Of a stretch of 64,000 nucleotides of DNA, positions 56,001 to 64,000 are shown one piece after another (within the stretch, counting starts at the first letter, position 1; every line of letters begins with the position of its first letter). The DNA lies in contig NIVC01001013.1 in assembly GCA_002269645.1 (NCBI GenBank), positions 315,946 to 379,945 of the forward strand, in the 5' to 3' direction. The DNA is from Macrostomum lignano. Its lineage: Eukaryota. The position numbers and the translations under genes are program-made. Under the pieces are notes generated by a model. The model was not told where the DNA came from. It saw only the letters and a program-made list of their open reading frames with translations, and did not search any database.

Positions 56001-59000
56001 GGCGTCCGGAGTGCCCACCGGCTTGCCTAGCGGGATGGGGGCGAGAGGCTGAATGAGATACTCAGTCATGGTTGTCAACCGGTGTCAAGTCCTACAAGGG
56101 GGCGTGGCTCCACTCTCCACACTAATCGGTTGAAAGGAGCATGTAAATAGAATGTCCTACTTCAAATGAAATTACGCCCTCGACCCTCACTACTGAAATT
56201 AAATCCCCTCCCTCATCTAATAAGAAATGGGTGAAGGAGAGTGAGAGATGGAGTGAGAGATGGAGTAAGAGATGGTGTGAGAGGGAGAATGAGTGATTGA
56301 GAGTGAGAGGGAGAGTAAGAGATGGAGTGTAAGGGAGAGTGAGAGGGAGGGGGAGAGGGAGGGGGAGTGAGAAATGGAGTGTGAGGGAGAGTGAGAGGGA
56401 GAGGGGGAGTGAGAGGGACAGTGAGAGAGGGAGTGAGAGGGAGAGTGAGAGTGGTAGGAGAGTGAGAGGGACGGTGAGAGTGTGAGGGAGAGTGAGAAAT
56501 GGAGTGTGAGGGACAGTGAGAGAGGGAGTGAGAAGGAGAGTGGAGGGACGGTGAGAGTGAGAGGGAAAGTGAGAGGGAGAGTGAGAGGGAGAGTGAGAGT
56601 GATAGGGAGAGTGAGAGGGAGTGAGAGGGAGAGTGAGAGGAAGAGTGAGAGGGAGAGTGAGAGTGATAGGGAGAGTGAGAGGGAGTGAGAGGGAGAGTGA
56701 GAGGAAGAGTGAGAGGGAGAGTGAGAGTGATAGGGAGAGTGAGAGGGAGTGAGAGGGAGAGTGAGAGGGAGTGAGAGGGAGAGTGAGAGGGAGAGTGAGA
56801 GGGAGAGTGAGTGATAGGGAGAGTGAGAGGGAGGGTGATAGGGAGAGTGAGAGGGAGAGGGGGAGTGAGAGGGACAGTGAGAGAGGGAGTGAGAGGGAGA
56901 GTGAGAGTGGTAGGAGAGTGAGAGGGACGGTGAGAGTGTGAGGGAGAGTGAGAAATGGAGTGTGAGGGACAGTGAGAGAGGGAGTGAGAAGGAGAGTGGA
57001 GGGACGGTGAGAGTGAGAGGGAAAGTGAGAGGGAGAGTGAGAGGGAGAGTGAGAGTGATAGGGAGAGTGAGAGGGAGTGAGAGGGAGAGTGAGAGGAAGA
57101 GTGAGAGGGAGAGTGAGAGGGAGTGAGAGGGAGAGTGAGAGGGAGTGAGAGGGAGAGTGAGAGGGAGAGTGAGAGGGAGAGTGAGTGATAGGGAGAGTGA
57201 GAGGGAGTGAGAGGGAGAGTGAGAGGAAGAGTGAGAGGGAGAGTGAGAGTGATAGGGAGAGTGAGAGGGAGTGAGAGGGAGAGTGAGAGGGAGAGTGAGA
57301 GGGAGAGTGAGTGATAGGGAGAGTGAGAGGGAGGGTGATAGGGAGAGTGAGAGGCAGCACAGTTACAGATGTGTGAAAGAGGATGAGATGTAGAGGGAGA
57401 GTAGTGAAGTGAGGGAGACAGGGAGAAGAGAATGCAACCAAATGTAGCAGACAAAATCGACAGGAATGTGAAAAGATGGACAGCAGACAGCATTGGCACA
57501 GCGGGGACATAGCGTTGAAATAGAAGGAGACAGAGTGCCGCATAAATGGTGCCACCCAAATGGGCAGATGCCAGCAGTGCCTGTCATTCAAAATCAAAAC
57601 AGCAAGCCCCTGCACCTCAGCCCTGTTTGCAATCTGTATAAATTATAAAAGCACTCGTCTTGCCGGTGCTGTGGCTTAGACAGAAATTACAGGCCTGGCA
57701 GCTTAGCGAACAGAATTTTTCCAGTCTAAGAAAAGTATTGGTAAGAGAGACATACTGCCATTATACAGTGTATAGATAGTGCCTGCCTGTGCAAGCATAG
57801 CCAGACAAGAGTACGCATATACGCAAAGCAAAGCAACACAAACCAGGGGTTGTAAAACTTTTTTAAACTCGCAAGAGAACCAAGAGCATGACTGCGGCCC
57901 AGAGGGGAGAGAGGAGAGGGAATAGAGTAGAGCAGGGGTCGGCAACCTTTTTCCACTTGAGGGCCAGATGAGGTTTTCAGTTCAATCAAGACCACGGGCC
58001 ACAGGTCGCCCCCGATTACTTCAACCCCCCCCCTGGGTCTTTCTTTACCCTCCAGAATCCGCCCCCCCCCTGGTTTTTTACCTTAGAATCCCAGAATCAG
58101 CCCCCTGGGTTTTTACCCTCCAGTATCTGCCCCACTGGGTCTTTACCCTCCAGTATCTGCCCCACTGGGTCTTTACCCTCCAGTATCTGCCCCACTGGGT
58201 CTTTACCCTCCAGTATCTGCCCCACTGGGTCTTTACCCTCCAGTATCTGCCCCTGGGTCTTTACCCTCCAGTATCTGCCCCACTGGGTCTTTACCCTCCA
58301 GTATCTGCCCCACTGGGTCTTTACCCTTCAGTATCTGCCCCACTGGGTCTTTACCCTCCGGAATCCGCCCCCCGGTTTTTTACCCTAGAATCCCAGAATC
58401 AGCCCCCTGGGTCTTTACCCTCCAGAATCTGCCCCACTGGGTCTTTACCCTTCAGTATCTGCCCCACTGGGTCTTTACCCTCCAGAATCCGCCCCCCCGG
58501 TTTTTTACCCTAGAATCCCAGAATCAGCCCCCTGGGTCTTTACCCTCCAGAATCTGCCCCACTGGGTCTTTACCCTTCAGTATCTGCCCCACTGGGTCTT
58601 TACCCTCCAGAATCCGCCCCCGGTTTTTTACCCTAGAATCCCAGAATCAGCCCCCTGGGTCTTTACCCTCCAGAATCCGCCCCCTGGGTCTTTACCCTCC
58701 AGAATCCGCCCCCTGGGTCTTTACCCTCCAGTATCTGCCCCTGGGTCTTTACCCTCCAGAATCCGCCCCCTGGGTCTTTACCCTCCAGTATCTGCCCCTG
58801 GGTCTTTACCCTTCAGTATCTGCCCCACTGGGTCTTTACCCTCCAGTATCTGCCCCACTGGGTCTTTACCCTCCAGTATCTGCCCCACTGGGGCTTTAGC
58901 ACCAAGGGGCGCCAGCCGGGTCTTTACCCTTCAGTATCTGCCCCACTGGGTCTTTACCCTCCAGTATCTGCCCCACTGGGTCTTTACCCTCCAGTATCTG

Positions 59001-62000
59001 CCCCACTGGGTCTTTACCCTTCAGTATCTGCCCCTGGGTCTTTACCCTCCAGTATCTGCCCCTGGGTCATTACCCTCCAGTATCTGCCCCACTGGGTCTT
59101 TACCCTCCAGTATCTGCCCCACTGGGTCTTTACCCTCCAGTATCCGCCCCCTGGGTCTTTACCCTCCAGTATCTGCCCCACTGGGTCTTTACCCTCCAGA
59201 ATCCGCCCCCTGGGTCTTTACCCTCCAGAATCCGCCCCCTGGGTCTTTACCCTCCAGAATCCGCCCCCCGGTTTTTTACCCTAGAATCCCAGAATCAGCC
59301 CCCTGGGTCTTTACCCTCCAGAATCTGCCCCACTGGGTCTTTACCCTTCAGTATCTGCCCCACTGGGTCTTTACCCTCCAGTATCTGCCCCTGGGTCTTT
59401 ACCCTCCAGTATCTGCCCCTGGGTCTTTACCCTCCAGTATCTGCCCCACTGGGTCTTTACCCTTCAGTATCTGCCCCACTGGGTCTTTACCCTCCAGTCT
59501 CTGCCCCTGGGTCTTTACCCTCCAGTATCTGCCCCTGGGTCTTTACCCTCCAGTATCTGCCCCTGGGTCTTTACCCTCCAGTATCTGCCCCTGGGTCTTT
59601 ACTAAATTACTAAATTTGTACGCCCGTTGTTGGCCCGCCACCACCTCACTTTCCTTCGCTGCCAGTTCCCCCATTTCTATTCTGTTCGAAAGTTTGAACG
59701 GATGTGCTGTCTGTCTTCTAGAGTTTGTAAACAGCTACTTTCACGATCAGTTCGTGTCTCATTACTAATTTGTCATTAAAGTTGGCAATTGAGGAAAGAA
59801 ATTCCCCATTTTAGTGCACACTAAACTTCCATTTTAGGAAGTTCGCGGGCCGGAGGTTGCCGACCCCTGGAGTAGAGAGAATAAGAGAGAAAGGAGAACG
59901 GAGAAGCGAGGGACTAAGGGAAAAGAGAGGAGAGAGGAAATAGACGAGAGTGGAGAGAGAGAAGGGAGAGAAGAGAAATGAAGAGAGGAGAATAGACAAA
60001 ACAGCTGAGAAGAGACAAATCTTCAGCGGGCCGGATTGCTATTGTGAAATTGAAAGGACGCAAGGGTCGGATAGAGAGGCTTCGCGGGCCACATGTGGAG
60101 GAGGGCATGGACTCAAATGTTGAAAAAGTGCACCAGACAATTTTTAAACAGAGAGACTCAGCTCCCTGCTCCGCTTGGATTCGAAGGTGGAGAGCACGGA
60201 CAGAGTAAAGAACAGAGAGCAATTCAATGTGCCGGCGGACTAACTTGGAGAGGCCACGGAGCAGACACAACGAGGGACAGAGAAAGAAAGAGTACAAAAC
60301 ATGACTAAGGGTACAATTAGAGGTCAATGGGTTCAGTAGATTCAGTCAAATAGATTAAATACAACTACTAGTATGAAATATTATGTGGTAAGGCACAAGG
60401 CCCAAAAAATTGCTTCAAGGCTCAAATAAAGGATAAAAGGAGAGAGAGAGTCAGCAGCACACACTGAAAGATCTGAGGGTGGCTAGCAGTCAACAGCCCA
60501 CACTGAGGGTGGCTAGCAGTCAACAGCCCACACTGAGGGTGGCTAGCAGTCAACAGCCCACACTGAGGGTGGCTAGCAGTCAACAGCCCACACTGAGGGT
60601 GGCTAGCAGTCAACAGCCCACACTGAGGGTGGCTAGCAGTCAGCAGCCCGCCTCACCCTCATAGATGATGGTGGTGTTCCTGTGCAGCAGCGGGGCATAG
60701 CAGATGTAGGAATGCCCCACAACCCAGCCGAAGTCGCTGGCCGCCCACCATACGTCCCCGGGGTCAAGGCCGTACAGGGCGTTCATGGAGAAATTCAACG
60801 CCACAGCGTGACCCGCCGAGGGTCGAACGACGCCCTTCGGCGAGCCGGTGGTGCCGCTGGTGTACAGCAGGTAGACGGGCTCGTTGGCTTCAATTGGCAC
60901 GGCGTCGTGCTTCCTAGAGGAGGCCAGCGCCTCGGCCCAGTCCGCGTCGAGGCCCGGGTCGGAGTCGGACAGCGGCAGGCCGCCGGGCCGCTGGAACAGG
61001 ACCACCCGGTCGACGCAGTGCTGGCCGCCGCTCACTAGGCTCAACGCGTCGCGCAATATCGCCCGGTAGTCGATGGTCCGGCCTGGCTCAACGCCGCAGG
61101 AGCCACACACGATGACGTTGGCTTGGCGTGAGCAATTCTGGTGGCCAATTCCTTGGCAGCGAAGCCGCCAAACACTAGCGAGTGAATTGCGCCGAGCCTG
61201 GCCGCGCCTAGCATAGCAACCATGGTCTCCGGCACCATGGGCATGTAGATGAGCACCCGATCGCCGCGTTTGACGCCCTCCTTGGCCAGGTAGCCGGCGA
61301 AACGGGCCACCTGATCGAGCAGCTGCGCGTAGGTGATCCGGCTGACCGACTTAGTGACTGGCGAGTCGTGAATGACGGCCACCTGGGGTGAGGTGTTGTG
61401 CATAGATGGGAAGGAAATTGACAAGGAACAAGAGGCAAGAAACAAGTGACAATATACAAGTGACAAGAACCAAGTGACAAGTGACAAGGAGCAAAGGGAC
61501 AAGAAAAAAGTGGCAAGTGACAAGAAGCAAGTGACAAAGAGCAAGTTACAAAGAGCAAGTGACAAAGAGCAAGTGACAAAGAGCAAGTAACAAGGGAAAT
61601 TGTGCCTGGTCGCCGAAACCCCCAGGATCTTGGGGTCCCATTCCTTGACTACCCTCGACGAATTATGGTCAGAAAGCCTGTCCACGCAGTATAATAAATC
61701 ACCTGGTCGCCGAAGCCGTCCTCCACGTGCCTGTCCAGGCAGTTGTAGGCTGTGTTCAGCTCGCCGCCTGTGAACCAGCGCGGCCGCACCGGGTCCCGAT
61801 GGTCCAGCACCTTGTTGAACTTTGTTTTCCACGACAGCTTGCTGGCCTGCTCCGCCCAGAACTCTTCCGGGTTGTGCACGGACTGGCGGAACACCGACTC
61901 GTACACCATGGCGGTTGAGGCCACGTTCTCGTAGGTGCACAGCCCGCATCGTGACTGATTGGCGCTCGAAATTAGACGGCCCAGTTTAGAAGAGCCACGG

Positions 62001-62020
62001 GTAAGAACAGCTGATAGCAT
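53062..62020 (-). CDS. ACSS3: Acyl-CoA synthetase short-chain family member 3 (propionate/acetate-CoA ligase), probably mitochondrial, ~674 aa if the frameshift is corrected. Exons 62020-61703, 61382-60657, 56026-55668, 54105-53578, 53154-53062
   Basis: R/S/L-rich N-terminus. NPEEFWAEQA, WFTGGELNTAYNCLDRH, YTSGTTGSPKG, WWAASDFGWVVGHSY, DHWWQTETG, IVIKLPLPPG, SRVDDVINVSGHRLS, LPKTRSGK. One base is missing at 61120-61121, and intron 3 uses a GC donor. Confidence 0.9.
53230..53550. repeat. 31-bp tandem array in ACSS3 intron 4, the reverse complement of the 54270-54900 array
   Basis: Unit TTAGAAAGGGCATCAAAACAGCTGACGGATTC. Confidence 0.9.
54180..55125 (-). mobile_element. tRNA-derived SINE (head ~55125-55055) interrupted by the 31-bp array
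   Basis: Minus strand GCAGCTCAGCGGTAAACGCGTCTGACTC..GGTTCGATTCCG gives Pol III A and B boxes and a tRNA-Trp-like CGCGTCTGACTC. The body is homologous to 38095-38285. Confidence 0.7.
54270..54900. repeat. 31-bp tandem array in ACSS3 intron 3, ~20 copies
   Basis: Unit GAATCCGTCAGCTGTTTTGATACCCTTTCTAA. Confidence 0.95.
56225..57350. repeat. Purine-rich (GAGAGTGAGAGG)n low-complexity satellite in ACSS3 intron 2, with a 456-bp internal duplication
   Basis: Near-absence of C on the + strand. Identical blocks start at 56482 and 56938. Confidence 0.93.
57933..59869. mobile_element. 1937-bp non-autonomous hAT element filled with a ~30-bp tandem repeat
   Basis: Perfect 16-bp TIR CAGGGGTCGGCAACCT and perfect 8-bp TSD GAGTAGAG (57925-57932 and 59870-59877). 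Internal array CTGGGTCTTTACCCTCCAGTATCTGCCCCA at ~58030-59600. Confidence 0.93.
60472..60650. repeat. 30-bp tandem repeat CACACTGAGGGTGGCTAGCAGTCAACAGCC abutting the ACSS3 exon 2 donor
   Basis: Direct reading, ~6 copies. Confidence 0.9.
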
Positions 62021-62172
62021 GGCCAAGTGCTGCCCATGCAGCAATTTTCATTGTACATGGTTGATCATTGAAAGTCAGCTTTATGTGTAACATATACCAT
62101 GGAACTTTTAATGCAATATTGATTTGCTATTGAATATCAGGGCTTGCATGGGTGGAGAAGAAAATTCAGGAT

Positions 62173-63283
62173 CACAGAATACCACAGAATGCTCATTCTG
62201 CCACCCTGAAGAAAAAATCTCAATGCGAAATTATTTTCGCTCTGTGCTACTCTTCCTGTGAAGCTGTGGGAAAGTAGTATGGAGAAGAATCACCATAGAC
62301 GATCACTCGCATGGGCTTGTGATTTTTGTCTTCTGTTTTTTTAGTAATCATACGTCGTAGATCAACGAACATTCTTTTTTCTAAGGCGAAGAGCAGTGCG
62401 GTGCTATCATGAAAAAATCTCGAGCCCAGTGCGCAGCTTATGGCTGCAATTCCTATGCCTACAAGTGCCCGCATTTGACGCGATTTCAATGCATTTCCTT
62501 CTGGAGACAGTGCAAGTATGTATTTCAGAGAACACATAGTTGACTCCTGTGGTATGAGTTTTCTTTTTTGATTTTAGAATCACTTTAGTGTTCAAACTCT
62601 TGCATCTTTCAGGTGCGAAGACTGGGCTCGGCGATTGTTTCGAGCTGACCTTCTGCAGGAAAAGCAAACGAACACAAATGGAAGAAGAGCGCGGTTGTGT
62701 GCAGTTTACACTTCAGGGATGATATGTACACCTGCCCAAATCAACGTCACGAGCCGGGAACGCGACTTTTAAGCAGTGCATATCCTGCATTGAACCTTTA
62801 CAAGGACGCTCCTGTTGAACGAAAACGAAAGCCACCGTTAGTTCAAAGTGTGTCGGCACGGCCAGACCTTGGAGTCCTGCTTCTGCTGCGCTTCACGATC
62901 CTCAACCTTATCCTCAAGTACCTTGTTTTCAATTTTGAATTTTTTTACTTAAGCGCTGCAGAAGTGTACTACATTCTTTCCATTTATGAACCTTTTATTG
63001 TTCTTAAGTCAAATTGTTTACAGTTTTTTGCTTATATGGTATGGAATCAAATACTGGTTGAGTGATTGTTAACCACCATAAGATCTTGCCACTTAAGTTT
63101 TATACAATCGCATAATTCAATTACATCGACTGCTCTAGGAGCTCTCAAAAGCAGTAAACTGCTACTTTAATGTTATCAAATAGTTACAACTACTTATAAA
63201 TCTTCACAGGAAGAGTGGCATCTATGGTGTTTTAATTCGAGACGTATTCTACTAATCAATTGAGCATTCTGTGGTATTCTGTG
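62173..63283 (+). mobile_element. 1111-bp internally deleted P-element-superfamily transposon with a decayed THAP domain
   Basis: Perfect 23-bp TIR CACAGAATACCACAGAATGCTCA and TSD TTCAGGAT/GTCAGGAT (7/8). THAP motifs: MKKSRAQCAAYGCNS (ATG 62409), CEDW..RADL after a GT-AG intron at 62516-62612, then VCSLHF...RLLSSAYP in a shifted frame. Confidence 0.85.
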
Positions 63284-64000
63284 GTCAGGATTAGGTTTAA
63301 TATTTTTGTTTTAATCTTAGGATTTTGGGAAAATAGTATTAACACTAGCATCCAATATACAGATCCTATATAGGTCGAATAGGATCTCAATATTTTGAGA
63401 TTATATTTTCTTTTCTTTTGTGGATCTTGTGATTTTGGGCTTGGGATGTATTGATCCCATTTTTAATTGTTTGATATTCAAATAAAAATTATTTATGCTA
63501 TGACATGATCATAGTAATTATATTTTAGTTGCATATAAAGAAACAAAAAATTGTCATAAAATATGAACTCATAATATAATTATAATATCTACAAGACATT
63601 AAAAAACTAAATCTTTAATTACATTTTATAGATTAAAGAAAAGTATGAAATTGATACAAACGAAACCAAGCCTTACAAAAATATAGTTTCAAATTTCAAT
63701 ATAGTTTCATAGGCCTATGAGTAGTAATGAGCCTACTAATTCTTTTTTCTAAAACTTTTTGGCAAGCCATTTAGGAAAAGGTTAAAATGTAATAGGGTAG
63801 AATATTAAAGTAAATAAAATTAAATGAATACGCTCGTAAAGGACACATGTAGAAGCTTTAAAATAAGATAAATATGATAACATAATAAACAAGTTTGTGG
63901 GCATTCTATTTGACAACATAACTCATTAGACAAGCATAATGTACTCTCACATGTAGTTTTTAAGCTTATGAATTATGAACTGAAAGGTACACACAATTTG

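Noticed and set aside
56122-58513. His/Ser/Leu/Pro-rich ORFs of 180-500 aa
   Set aside because: They are translations of the GA satellite and the hAT-borne array within ACSS3 intron 2.

Overview
Eukaryotic (animal) genomic DNA, not prokaryotic. It has spliceosomal GT-AG and GC-AG introns, GC-rich exons, poly-Q/poly-A tracts and heavy tandem-repeat content. The style resembles the flatworm Macrostomum, but that is an inference only. By hand-splicing I reconstruct five host genes. (1) A secreted ADAMTS/reprolysin-like metalloprotease (+, 8955-11693) whose third zinc ligand is Asp. (2) A 9-exon, ~1227-aa TRPM-type channel that carries N-terminal ankyrin repeats instead of the SLOG/MHR1-2 domain (-, 29861-16048). 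(3) A group II PLP decarboxylase of the CSAD/GADL1/ADC type (-, 33983-31878). (4) An Hmx/NK5 homeobox gene (-, 47037-39731). (5) ACSS3 (-, 62020-53062), with a 1-bp frameshift and a GC-AG intron. Mobile DNA includes a LINE with an intact 1044-aa EN-RT ORF, mariner and hAT elements and MITEs (several nested), a tRNA-derived SINE, and a 1.1-kb P-element-like element carrying a decayed THAP domain. More than 20 distinct tandem arrays occur, roughly one private family per long intron. The top leads are the ankyrin-TRPM chimera, inverted satellite arrays bracketing ACSS3 exon 4 (circRNA or exon-skipping architecture), satellites that multiply splice sites in frame, and the Asp-ligand protease with an in-frame, stop-free repeat intron inside its zinc motif. 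All coordinates, alignments and counts were derived by eye; no database searches were run.
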